From the NCBI RefSeq assembly GCF_001447785.1, contig NW_015167536.1, forward strand, positions 496,001-560,000: a DNA stretch of 64,000 bases, read 5' to 3'. Positions 47,209 to 59,636 of this stretch are shown here, piece after piece (the first letter of the stretch is position 1; every line of letters begins with the position of its first letter). The position numbers were made by a program, and so were the translations under genes. The DNA is from Gekko japonicus. Taxonomy: Eukaryota. The notes below the pieces were generated by a model that was given only the letters and a program-made list of their open reading frames with translations, had not been told where the DNA came from and did not search any database.

Positions 47209-47872
47209 CTGGGAAAGGCGATTTCCAGAGATGGCTCGACTGTGACTGCTCTTTCGAGCAATAGACCTGCCCGTCCCAACCATTGGACAGAGCCCAGTGC
47301 TGGTATCCTTCCATGGGAAGCAGCGCGTCGTGCCTTGGCTCGGGGTGCCCACTGATACCTGGGACCACTGATACGTCCAAATAACCAGGGACTGCCTGGT
47401 AGGAGCTGGCAAAGCTCGGGTAAAAAGCGAACTCTTTGGCCCTTGAGGATAGTTCTTCGCTGGGGAGGGAGCCGCTGGGCTCGGGGTATTTTTCGGCGGG
47501 GTGGTAGGAGCAAGGCTTCTGTTGTAAGTTCACGTTGTGGGAATGGGACAAGCGGCATCCGTAGTAGCTGCCTCCAAAGGGATAGCCATAGCCCAGGGTA
47601 GCGTTGGACGAGGCTGGCGGAGCCGGGCACTGCCGGGCGGCATCTGGCGCAGGTATATCCGGGTAGACAGAGCCCTGGTGAGTCCCAATGGTGCTGGAAT
47701 GACGACCCAAGACCGGGTGAGTGATTAAATCCCTGCAGTGGCTCGCTGGGCAGTTCCCACTTAGCCCATCCATGGCTGGGATTTTATTCTGGTTATTTTC
47801 ATTCGGGTTCTCCTCATACACGTACATGAAGGTATCCGCCCAGCGTGGATGCAAGATCAGTGAAGTCGTCAT
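47209..47872 (-). CDS. HOXC13: Homeobox protein Hox-C13, exon 1
   Basis: MTTSLILHPRWADTFMYVYE...LGYGYPFGGSYYGCRLSH...SRAKEFAFYPSF...YQHWALSNGWDGQVYCSKEQSQSSHLWKSPFP. Open frame, phase-1 donor G|GTAGGC at 47208. 664 nt. Confidence 0.96.
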
Positions 47873-47989
47873 AGCATGGTCTGCCCGAGCTTTTTAAAAC
47901 TCGACTTCCCAAAGAGAGACACCTAATTTCCCCAACATATTGTTTACGCGGGAGCATGCGCAGAGCCGGCGAGATGGGTCCGCTTCATT

Positions 47990-48120
47990 AAGAAATCCGT
48001 CGGGCCACGTGACCTGTAAATAGCGCTCGCAGCGGCTAGCCCGGGCACGTGACCCTCCGGCGGCCCAATCGCCGTCTCCCTGTTGGCTTTGGGCAGGGAA
48101 GGGGGAGCTCCCATTGGCTG
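47990..48120 (-). promoter_or_regulatory. HOXC13 proximal promoter: two E-boxes, two oppositely oriented CCAAT boxes
   Basis: CACGTGAC at 48006-48013 and 48046-48053, CCAAT 48065-48069 (+), ATTGG 48113-48117, TATTTA-like element between the E-boxes, CpG-rich. Confidence 0.6.
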
Positions 48121-51100
48121 CCTCCCTGCAACAGAAACAGAAATCCTTAAAGGCGAAGGGAGACACCCATTGATTGTAAAGATCGTGAGGAAATAAATAA
48201 GGGGGGGTGGAGGTGCTCGATATTTGGCCGACACAAAGAGCTTGGGGTTTGCCATGATAGAATTCTTGCCGCTTTGGGGGAAAAATCCTCTTTGTTAAAT
48301 ATATAGCCAAATATCTGGAATACTTTAAATTTCTATTTTTTTATTTTAGTTTTTTTAAAAAACCTTATTGTATTGTGATTTTACATTTGTTGAGTCTAAC
48401 TGTGTTTTCTCATTAAAATGGCTACGTACTTGATTTATGAAAATGGGTTGGTGCAGGAAGCAAATCTAGTCATTGTCATAAATAAGGCGAATGGTTATCA
48501 GAGGAGGTGGTACATAGAAGCCCATTGATCTGATGGGGGGGGGGAAGAAAAAGAGATAATAGGACTAGACGCGTCGAAATGGGGAGACACATCCAGTGTT
48601 CCCGAGGAGTATTTAGAATCTGACTGTCTGACTTCAGCGGCTGGGTGTGTGCGTGGAGGTGGCTTTTTGTTTTAATTCTCCAGCTCTGCTCTTGACTCGC
48701 TCTCTCTCCCCCCCCCCTTCTGTTTCTGGGAATCAAGTATTGGATCTTACGGGAAGTAAAGAATCTGGACATTTATCGCCCAGGAAATTGATTTTGTCTC
48801 AGTCTCTTTCGGTCTCATAATCTCCAGAGTGAATGGAGAGATTCATATGAGTTGCTTCAAATATATGTGTGCGTTTGTGTGTGTCAACGGATACGTTTGT
48901 TCCATACCATTCTATATGTATTTTCAAGCCTCTGGTTTTTCTTCCCACCAAAGGAAGCCTTTGAAATCTTTTGATCCCTTGTCTGATTCCTGGAGAGGAA
49001 TTTCTTTTTATTCGTCTCAACCACCCAGTGATAAGGTCTTGGGGGGGGGGGCGCGGGAGGAGAAAGGGAAAATTACCATCACATCCGAAGAGTGTAATAG
49101 ATGCATCCAAAAAACGTTGCAACATTTTTATGGGTTTTGTTCCTTGTATGAGTCCAGCCCAATAATGCTTAATCTTTCGTGCTCAACCAACTGGGGATGT
49201 TTTAAAGGGACTGGTTGTGATTATATTATGATATTATGTTATTAATGTTTAATACTTCAGTAGTAAATATCGCGGCAACAATGCCTGCCGCTGAACGGTC
49301 GGGGTAGATATAAATGGTCCCGGGGTTGATTTGTGTGCGTGTAAAAGACAATAAATGCAACTCACTTTCTACAACCTAAAGAGGATCCAAGACGGATGGG
49401 TTATAATTAAAGAGAAGAATCGCATACTCCTCTGCCAGAGATTGATGGCCACGCTGCACATCCATGCACACATGCAGGCAGAGACGCGTGTGGGGACGGG
49501 AGCAGTTGTTTGCGTTTATTTACTTGCTAAAAAAAACTCCCAAATCTCTCACTCATAGTTGCGGTCTCGATGCAGGCAAATCCATTCGACAGGAGGTGGA
49601 ATTAATATGGGGATATCAATAGGCTATCTTGGGTTCTTCACCTACCTCCCGCTGGGCCACCAAATCAGGAAAGGCATTTTTAAATAAAGAAATGCAGCCA
49701 AAGGTGAGATGAGATAGTCCAAGGAAATTATGAGGGAGGGGGTGTCCTGCTGGCCACAGTGAAAGCAGGCCAAGCCTAATCCTATGCATATTTATTCATA
49801 ACTATGTCCCATTAAATTCAATGGGACTTTCCCCTTTCAAATAGGTCTGCATCAGATTGCGATTTTAGATGGTTGAAATCCCTTTGAAGTTAAGGAAGTC
49901 CCAATGCAGCGAGAGTCGCTCCAGTGATCAAAATGGTTACTAATTGAGTGTGAATGTCCGGGGGGGGGGGAGTTGTCCAGCATCACCCCTCCCCCAAATG
50001 ATTCCATTGCGATCCGCAATAGATTCGGAGCGACCAAACCGGGAAGACAGGTGAAAGTCCAAGGTTTTGTTGAAAGCGATCAAGAGGCAGAAGGAATTCA
50101 GAAAAGGTAGGTGCCATACCGAGATCTATTCACCGAACTGGACAGAACCGCTACCTACCACATTGGGATGTGCTACCACATTGAAATCTTCAAGGAGAAT
50201 TTCAATATATATCTGTCTATCCCAAATGGTTCCTTTCCTGCCTACCGTAGCTTTTAGCACCTCCAAGGTCCTTAGGGCTTGCCGCCATCAAAACGCCTTA
50301 GCCCAAGCGGAAACGTGAAAACCCAGCCCATTCTCCAGCAAGATAAAAATGAAAATTAAAAATGGCTATCAGATCTGCCGGCCTTAGCCAACCTTGCCTT
50401 TCCTCTCGGAAACGTTCTGTCTTCCACAGGGACCGACGGATTTAAACCAAGCTTCCCCGGGAAAGTTTTCGGCCACAGCCTCAAGCCACCAAACCAGCCG
50501 AAGTCCAAGGTCAAGGCAAAATAGACAAACCGGCTCCCGGTTAGTGTCTAGACAGAAAAGAATGAACTTCACAGGCAGCGTCTAAGTGGCTGTGGGAAGA
50601 AGCCCTTGAATCCGGCCATGGCTAAGGAGAGAAAGCAGGAAATGGTCCCCACTCCCCCCCCCCTTTTTAAAAATCATTCCAATTCTTTAAAACAAAGGGG
50701 CAGGGAATCTTTACTTTGCAACATGCCGTTTGATAGCAACAACCCAACCCGAGGTGCTTCGGTAGATTTCGGTGTCCTATCGATGCATCCCCCTTCCCTT
50801 TCCAGACATCCTTCATTAAAAATACTTGGGGATAGGTGGGTAATTAAACTACACCAAGCCTGCATGTGGGGCGGGGGGAGAATGCAGGCATAAAAAAACC
50901 TGGGCTTTTGGTTTAGATGATGGCACTTGGAGGGGGAGAGCTGGACCATCTCTGGTGGTTCCTGACAAAGGAGTTTGTCCCCCCCCCCGCATCTTTCTGA
51001 AGAGTATTTGGGGTTTGCCCATCGGAAATCTGGAAATGCAGAAATGGCTGGTGAGAGGCGCGATCGGTTAGAGGAAACCAGAGGAGCAGCCTGGCTTTTT

Positions 51101-54100
51101 GAATTTCTGCTCAGCAAATTAGATCTGCTTTGAAACACTGGAGGTGATTTCCCTTTTTTTTTCTTTTAAAGGTGCGCATCCTGAGTAAAACGGACAAAAG
51201 TAGTAAATAAGAAGAGCAGGCCAGATCTTTCCCAGGTTTATGTAAGACCATTTACAATTCCTATTTCCATGAAATATAGATTTAATTAAAATTGGGATTT
51301 TACAGTTTCCATTTACTGGGGCTCATTGCGAGAGGAAAATTAGGAAAACATCGGCGGAAGGGGGGGGGCAGAGAAAACAAACCGCAGAGAATGTTCCCCA
51401 TTTCATGCGCAGGGAAATTAACTTTTCGCTTTAAATTCTGATTGGCGCAATTGCAAAATAAATAAGGACAAGAGAATCTGGCTCTTTGTTAGGAAATGCA
51501 ATATTTTAAAAGCTGGGGAAAGGAGGCGGAGGGGTGGGGGAGAAGATGCATTTCTTAACCAGCAGGTTTATTTCGGGGCCTGGCGTCCCTCCTCATTTAT
51601 CTGCCTTGACTTAAGCAGCTTTTCATTTCATAAATTGCTTCGCAGTATCTCATTTAAACGGGCTGATCTGGCCAAGATACGGGAGCGGTGGATTGATAGC
51701 GCGAGTCAATTCGAGTGGGTTAATTAACTTAAGGATGCACAAGGAAGCTTCCACCGCTCGGGGAAGAACACCCTGCAGAACGCAGGACACTATTTTTAAA
51801 TTGGGGGGGGGGAGGTTAGAAATAATAACAGATACCGGTTTCCTGGAATATATTAGAATCCGGTGTTTGCTGCTGCAATTGCCCCTAAGGAATGAATCTC
51901 CCTCCTCTTCCTCAGGGTAGATTGTAGTTACATTGACATCCGGCTTTATAGACACCATCTTCTGGGAGGACAATAGGGAGGAAAATTGTAGTAACCTATC
52001 CCTTGGAAAGGAAAAAAAAGGAAAATGTCCTACAGCTCTATCCCGTACAGGTTTACTTGAAAATAATTCTCACTGTTCCACAGGGCTTACTCTGAAGCGC
52101 CTTAACACCCGTGGATTTCCTTGGGATTCACTTTTCGAGTAAATATGCTGTGAACCTGGCTGCTAATGACTGAAGATATGTAGCTCCGTCTCAGTGGAAA
52201 ATATGCTTGATATGGGCAGGAGTGATGCTTTAAAAAAATTAAAATGCCTAACTTCCAGATTGGAAAAGAGAGAGAAGAACAAGGAGATGGGAAAGGTGAA
52301 GAATCCTCTCTGTGAATCTGAGGACAGGCGACCAGTTCCACCACCACCACCACCATCTTTGTCAATAATAGTAATAACTGAGGATAGCGCTGCCCGTGTT
52401 CTAAAGTTCTACAGGCTCATTAGTTCCTTGATATTTTGATATGAAGTCTATGCTCAGAATAGGCACAGGAGACAGGTTTTTTTAAAAAACAAAGCAGGAA
52501 AGGAAAGAAAGTCCCTCAATTTATTATTTTTCTTAAAAAAAGAGAAGCTCAGTGCCACCTCTAAACAATGGTCAAGAATTCATCACACTGCCCCTTCCTT
52601 TGGGGCTGCAGTATAGTTGCAGGGGGACAGAAACGAAAGGCTGCAAGGCTTATTTTTCCAGTGTATTATAAGGGAACTTGTGATAACTGGAGGGACTTCA
52701 CAGCCTGTGGGAAAATAAATAACGATTTTCCAGGGAGTACAGTATTACAATGTAAACCAAAGGCTGGGGGAACCAGCCTCAAGTGATCCCACATCAAGGC
52801 ACGAATCTGTTTCCTTCAACATTCCTTTCACGCTAGGAACCGATTTTGGAATTTTATCTACTCCCCTCCCCAAGTAAGAAATATGTTTAAAATAAATATA
52901 TGTTGTTGCACCTAAGTTTCCTTCTGCCCGGAGTCCGGACCATTCAAAAACCTGCTGTTTATAAACAGTGGAGTCTTAAATATATGAACTGGTAGCAGAA
53001 CTTTTTTAAAAAAAAGATAGAAAATTCATCGCCCTGGTGACACCAAAGGATAATTTCATATGAGTTAGGTCACATAAACAGTCCCCACCCCCACCCCTCC
53101 AAAATCTAGGCAGAGATATGTTAACATGGTTCACAGCTAACCAAGGGAGTTCCAAGCTGGGGAAGTTAACATTTTATACGCAATAGAACAACTGCAGTAG
53201 CTCTTTGTGTATCCAAATGTATTTATAACTTCCTAAATATACCCATCTGGTGTAATGAAATATCTCAAAATAGATGGTGATTTATATAAAGTGTATGTTG
53301 TCATTCCAGGGGCTAAAGAAATATTGCTCTTTTTAAAAAATAAAGGAAGAAAAACACATAGAAACGCCTTCCCCCATCTTGCTGCTTATGATTTCTTAGA
53401 CGTTTTAATCCTTTCTGTCTTTCAGTCCTTTGGTGGGTCCACCTTTGAAAACAGGGTCCATAAATATTATGTAACCTTGTCCCTTTGAAAACTATCCCTG
53501 CCTGTGCCACTGTACACACCCCATACTGGATTCCTCCCTATGTGAAGCTCCCCCCCCCCCCCATATCAAAACAAAAATCTGGGATGTACATGTCACTGGA
53601 AAATCTCTATCATAAATAAACACATTGGTTTGGAAGGGAACACTCGAATTCCATCCACACGCTGGGCAGGAAAGAAAGGTTTTGAACCACCCAGGGAAAA
53701 GAGAATGCCTCTCATGAAAATAAAAATGGCTTTAGAATTAACAGCATATAACTTTACCCACTGGAATATAAAGCTTGCCAAGAAAGTGTAGCTTTGCAGC
53801 TCATGTAGTTACCACTGGGCACGCTTTCTTTCCTTCGCTCTCTTGCTTTCTTCCGTATCTATGTGTAACGAAATAGACTCTTTCTATGTTTTGTCCAAAC
53901 TTGTTTTGTACCAAGCTAAACTTTTGCAAACTTTCATTCTGGAGAAAATTAACGGTCATGGTTCCTTCACTGCCGAGCTGAATGAATGTAATTGTCCCAG
54001 GACTTTTGGCCTCTTTCCAAGGTATAAAGGAACCGTACACTAACTTGATATGTTCATTCTTGAAAGCCACTGAAAGAACTGTGCATGCAGAAAGCCCTCT

Positions 54101-56410
54101 GTTTCTTTCTCCCGCCCTCTCTCTGTAGGGCTAATGAAAACAGTAAGGTGAAATATCCACAACACTATGATCCCCAAGTCCTCTCCCAAATTCACCATCG
54201 GGAACCTTCCTGGGAGTTCTCTCTTGGACCTATGCACCCTAAGATGATCTCAGAGCATATAAACTTCAGGCCAAACGTTGCCTCCTAGGCTGATGAAGAT
54301 TCCTGGGAAAGCCGAGCCACGCTTCCTCTGTTCCCTCCACGTGTTGGGACCGACAGCTACCGGCAGACATAAGAGCTGCTTCCAGCAATGGCTGTCTTAT
54401 CACGATGTTGACCTCTCCTGGGCACGGGTTTCTTCTCCAGTCGCAACATTTCAGGTTCTCGGAGGCCTGTGGCGGCCTAGCATTTCCTAGGGCCCGGGGC
54501 CAGGTCCTCTGGCTCACCCGCTCACTGTTGCCCTGGGCACCGCGATGGGATGGAAGTTCCTGCACATGAGAAACCCACTTTAATTATTTGTCCAGGTCAT
54601 AACCATGTAGGAGGTTCAGTTTTGCGGGTAAACCTTTCCTATCGCTACGACTTAGGCTCCAACACCCGGATGGAGATATCGGCTTCCAGCCCTTTCCCCT
54701 CTTTCTGTCCCCTGACCCCCCCCCCTTACACTCTCTGAACTTCTATGCCGTGGAGACAATGCCACGCCGAGCTCTCCCTCACTCCCCATCACCACCTCAG
54801 CAATCCTGGAAACGAACCCTCTCTCTGATTTTTTGTTTAAAAGGGAGCAGATCCCCAAGACCTTCGCCTCTTTTTTACGCCTTCCTTTCATGTGGCTTCC
54901 CTCTGTGGTCCCCGCAGCGCAACTGTTCCTCACCGCACCGGGTTAAAAAATAAAACGAAAAAATACCTCTTTCTGTCACAGCCTCTGACACATCACCACA
55001 TAATCTGACGCTCCTTCCAGCTGGCGCGGTGATGCAGTTGTCCGCGGCGACTGAATGGAGGCACTCAGCGCCCGGGACACAAGAGGTCAACTGGCCCCTT
55101 CATGAGAGCGTGGCCCCCTCCCCTCCTAACGGGGGCATTCGCATCTTTCCACTCTGTTCTAACGCACATGATTATCCCCCCCCCCCTTTCCACGCACACA
55201 GATACACACCACACACTCTTTCTCTCTANNNNNNNNNNNGGAAAAAAAAGCTGGGGGGGGGGGGGGGAACCTGTTCCAGAAAGTAGGGCTTGCTTGTGTG
55301 TGCGTCTGTGCGTCTGTGTGTCCCTGTTAGCCATTCTCAGTTCCGACAAACTGCCCTGCGATGATTTGACACCCTTTTTAAAAATAAGAGCCCTTCGCCT
55401 GTTAGGAAATGATTCAGAGGCAGACAAATAATAATAAAAAGAGAAAACCTCCCGTTTTAGTGCTCCGTCTGGTCGGAAGTCCAAGTTCATTTCCAAGTTA
55501 AAAGGGGCAGCGGCAGGCTTCACAATGAGAAGAAGGGGCCCCGTTTGGCCTGGGTTGTTTGTGTCAACACACTGGTATCTTCTCAGAGGTATTTATCGCT
55601 CGGCATCAGTTGGGCCGCGAGGGTCTTCAGAGGCTACTGAAGGGAGCCAGAGGGCTTTTATGCCCCCCCCTCTAGGAGTTCTCACTCTGGTCTATTTATT
55701 TTGCAATGGCAATCACTTAATAACAATAACAACAACAGCAACCTCAACTTTAAGCGTGCTAATGTCATCAACAAGGATGCGCAGGGACATCTCCGAGAAA
55801 AAGAAATCTGGGATGTTATCAACAGGCCCCTGTAAGGAAATCAGAAAGTTGTGCTCATATTATATGAGTCACATAGCATTCCGACAGGAAGTGTAATCGA
55901 GGTATGTAACAATTCTTTCTTTGTTTTTTCTCTCCCCCCCCTTTCTCCAATTGCATCTCTTCCCCCCCCCCCTTGCGTCCACCTAATCTATGGTTTTGTA
56001 AAGTTTGATGCCCCAGGCTGCCTTGACTTGAGTTCAGGGGGCTCTTGGTTCCTTCCAAGAATTTGCTGAAGTGGGGTGGGGGGGGGGGTGGGAGGGGGAG
56101 TCTATTTTTAATACACGAGGTGACTATACTGGCGTCAAAATACAGGCAAAAAAAAAAATCCTTTTCTGTTTAATGACAAAACCGGGTGTCATGTTAGTTC
56201 GGAGCATAAAAACTGGTGGAGATATACAGCCGCCTCGAGGCACGGGGGAATGTACAATATGTGAACAACTGTACCTTGTAAATTAGATTTTTAAAAACAA
56301 GATAACTCGAGATAAAACGGGGAGTTTTATTTGGATGAGAAGGAGACCTAAGCTGACATCCTACAGACACTTTCCAGGGGTGAAGTCCCACTGAATAACC
56401 TACTTCTGAA

Positions 56411-56616
56411 CAGTGTTCCCTCTAAGCTGAGTTAGTGTGAACGACCTCGCAGTTTTTTAGCCTCTGGCTCACACGTTTTTGTCTCAGCTCAGGAAGGATG
56501 GCTCCAGAGCGAACTAGTTTATGCAGGAGCCAAATCGCTGTCTCACAACTTTAATGCCAGTAGCTCACAAAGTAGAATTTTTGCTCGCAAGACTCCACAT
56601 CTTAGAGGGAGCATTG
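56411..56616. mobile_element. Non-autonomous hAT-type MITE, copy 2
   Basis: Collinear with 42348-42551 over its full length. TIRs CAGTGTTCCCTCTAAG / CTTAGAGGGAGCATTG. Degenerate 8-bp TSD CTTCTGAA / CTCCTGAG. Confidence 0.8.
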
Positions 56617-58789
56617 CTCCTGAGTAGCCTTGTTTAGGATTGCTCCCTTAGTCTTCAACTTTCCCCTGTATCCTGAAAGGTCCCGATGGTCTTAGGTAAG
56701 GTAGAACTTTCTGAGTCTCGTCGGGAGAACTTCTAAGCAGGTCTACCCAGACGTCAGTCCCGTTTTATTCCATGGGATTTACTTCCAGGAAAGTATTTGT
56801 TGGATTGCAGCTTTACGGAGCAAAGCTAAACAGAGCTGCGCCGTTCTATGCCCATTGATTTCTATGGTTTTAGGAGGGTCTAATTCTGTTAAGGATCTCA
56901 GTAGAGAAGAAACAGGAAGCTGGTGCTTTAAACGTCCATAGTGGATCCCCCCCTCCCACTTTTCAGACTGAGCAACAATTTATGGTGAAACTGATACCCA
57001 GCCTACTACGTGAGGCTGTATCAGAGGCAAAGTAATTGGCTGAATGCCCTCCGCTTTTATTTGCTGGTGTTTATTTTGCTTTCTTCCTGCCATTCTCCTT
57101 CCGATGACAAATATATTTTGGCTTTTTAATCATAGGGTTGCATCACATCCTGGTGTACTTAAGGGGCAAAGGACGGGGTGGGTTAAAGACAAGCAGACAC
57201 CTTTCCTCCTCGAAGGCTCGAAATATTCAGGATAATAAAGGCGGCGAGTCCCTCGCTTACTGCAGTTGTCTTTCTCCTATCCCGCGTGCATAACCCGGCC
57301 ACACGCGGGCCTTGCCTTTATCCGCCTACCCGTCTTCATTGATGTGGACTTCAGGGTGCAGTTCTGGAGGAGAGCCCCTTCCCACCCCCAGAGCGATTGT
57401 CTATTACAGATGCATAAGAGGTCCGGCTCCTTCTCCAAGTCCGTGTCAAAAACTCTGCCAAAGTCTTCTCCAGTGAATTCTGCCTACGGTTTGTTCGTGG
57501 GAGTTGCGGCCAGAGGAGGACTTGTAAAACCAAGCTGAATCCCCCCTTTCCCAACGCCTTTGGGCCCCTCATGAAGTCATAGGGCTTGCACAACGACATT
57601 GCATCACAGGGAAAGGAAAGGGACCCCCGACACAAAGGGATGGCCGGTTGCCCCCGGGCACACGTGCAGGGCTGAAGGGACCCGCCATTTCCCTCGGAGC
57701 CGAGTCCTTCCCCTGCAAACCCATGTTGCGAGTGGCTTGAGAGCGATCGTTTCCCTGTTATCTACAAGCTGCAGAAAGTCGTGCCGCGTTGCTCCTGACT
57801 CCGCAGCAGCCCTTGGTTCCTCCAGGTGGAATCCTGTTCCTGCCAAAACCCCATGGGCAATGCCCTAATGGGCACGGGGTCTTAGATGTGCAGCCTCAGA
57901 GAGCGGGAAGAATGGAAACTGCGCTCACGGGGTGTGGGGGAGACGCAGAGGCAGAGAAACCTTAGACCGAAGCAAGTCTCATGGATTTCAGGTGGCCTTG
58001 GCCTTCAAGTCACTCCATTAGGATCCCCTCTGCGTGTCTGTGTTGGTGTCCCTACCGAAGATGGACCAAGCACTCTGGCCTGCCTTTCCTTCACATGGCT
58101 TTCTTTACGGAGATGCCGAAAACGACAGGGCAGGGCAGGGCAGAGGCGAGCCTCAGGGTTTAGGGGTTGATGGATTCTCCTGCGAAGATAGGACAGGCAC
58201 ACTCTGATAAGCATCGCATGAGCTGGAACAACGTGTCAGAGAATGGGGTGTGGGCGAGCGGGGAGAATGCAGTTGAAACACACCGTGCAGTTCCTGGAGA
58301 TCTTCTCCAGTCCCCCCCCCCCTCCCCTCCTTTCCACGCTCTGCAGCATTTGTTGTCAGCCACTGAGCTGTGCAACAGGAATTCACGCTGTAATGCACAC
58401 CAGCAGAGGTATGAATTATTTACAGTTACAGCATTTCCAGCCGCAGTCCCCACATATGTTAGATGTTAAAGGGTCTGAAATGTTCTTAATACCTGGCTGG
58501 CAGAAGTGCAGGTTTCCCAGCTTGGTTATCTTGCTGGCTTAAAAAAAGTTATGGGTGGCTTGGCATCAATCCCGACCGCGAAAACAATAGTTCCTACGAG
58601 TTGTTTTAATTGAAAGAGAAGTCATGGATTCCTTCTGGGGGATGCGGGATTCGAACACGGCGTTTCTGAGAGAGAAATTCGACTCCGTGCGACTGGGGTG
58701 GGGGGGTCAACAGGCTTTCTTCTCCTTCCTTGGGACCCTGTCTGTGTATATTTACAGACGTCGAATACTCATACTTTATTTCGGATTTC

Positions 58790-58912
58790 TGTAAACCTAG
58801 ACCTATTACTTTGCTTATCAGAGGTTTTATTCTATTGACTCCACTGATTTACATTGTGTAATCCGCCTTGAGGCTCAATAAGAAAGACGGGCCATAAATA
58901 AATAAAATAAAT
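58790..58912 (+). mobile_element. Retroposon (LINE/SINE) 3'-end fragment with (TAAA)n tail
   Basis: tgtaatccgccttgag...aagaaagacgggccataaataaataaaataaata resembles the 3' end of the SINE at 59352-59636 (tgtaagccgctctgag...gaagggcggggtataaat). Confidence 0.5.
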
Positions 58913-59351
58913 ATATCTACTTTTTCGCAGAATGCAGCAGTTCCCTTTTATCTGTAATGTTTAACTGTAGGTTTATAGGCCATCAACTTCAAGAATTCTG
59001 CTTTAGTTGTCCGAATCTTAACTTCGTTTAGAAGGTTTCGACAGGGATACTGTTTAAACCACCCGCCTCTTTCTCAATCTTCATGCACCTCTGTACTTTT
59101 ATTTTAATGTACAATACTTGTAACCCTCCTCTCTGGTATGACTGATCCATGGAGGGTTACTCCCTATGTACCGGCCTGTCAGTCCATCAGTCAATCCAGC
59201 CAATCCCATGTATACCTTCTGTCCTCTTTCTGGAGCTACTTTCTCAAATAGTTTTGAAAACTCACACTGCCTTAACGAAGCAGGGAAATTTAAATCGAAC
59301 GCATCCCTAGAGTCGGATTTGACTGGATTTTGAGCAAGGGAAACATTTACC

Positions 59352-59636
59352 TAGTTTGGTGTAGTGGTTAAGTGCGCGGACTCTAATCTGGGAGAACCAG
59401 GTTTGATTCCCCACTCCTCCACTGGCACCTGCTGGATGACCTTGGGTCAGTCACAAGCTCTGGCACAGCTGTCCTTGAAAAAGAGCAGTTTGTGTCAGAG
59501 TTCTCTCGGCCCCACCCACCTCACAGGGTGTCTGTTGTGGGGAGGGGAAGGGAGAGGAGTTTGTAAGCCGCTCTGAGACTCCAAGTGAAGGGCGGGGTAT
59601 AAATCCAATCTCTTCTTCTTCTCTTCTTCTTCTTCT
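59352..59636 (+). mobile_element. tRNA-derived SINE (Squam3-like), apparently full length
   Basis: Pol III A box TGGTGTAGTGG (59357-59367), B box GGTTTGATTCC (59400-59410), CORE-like tgaccttgggtcagtcac and cctcacagggtgtctgttgtgggg, (CTT)n tail. Family name from memory. Confidence 0.8.

Noticed and set aside
59352-59425. tRNA gene
   Set aside because: The A/B boxes are the head of a SINE that continues into a CORE-like body and CTT tail; no complete cloverleaf.
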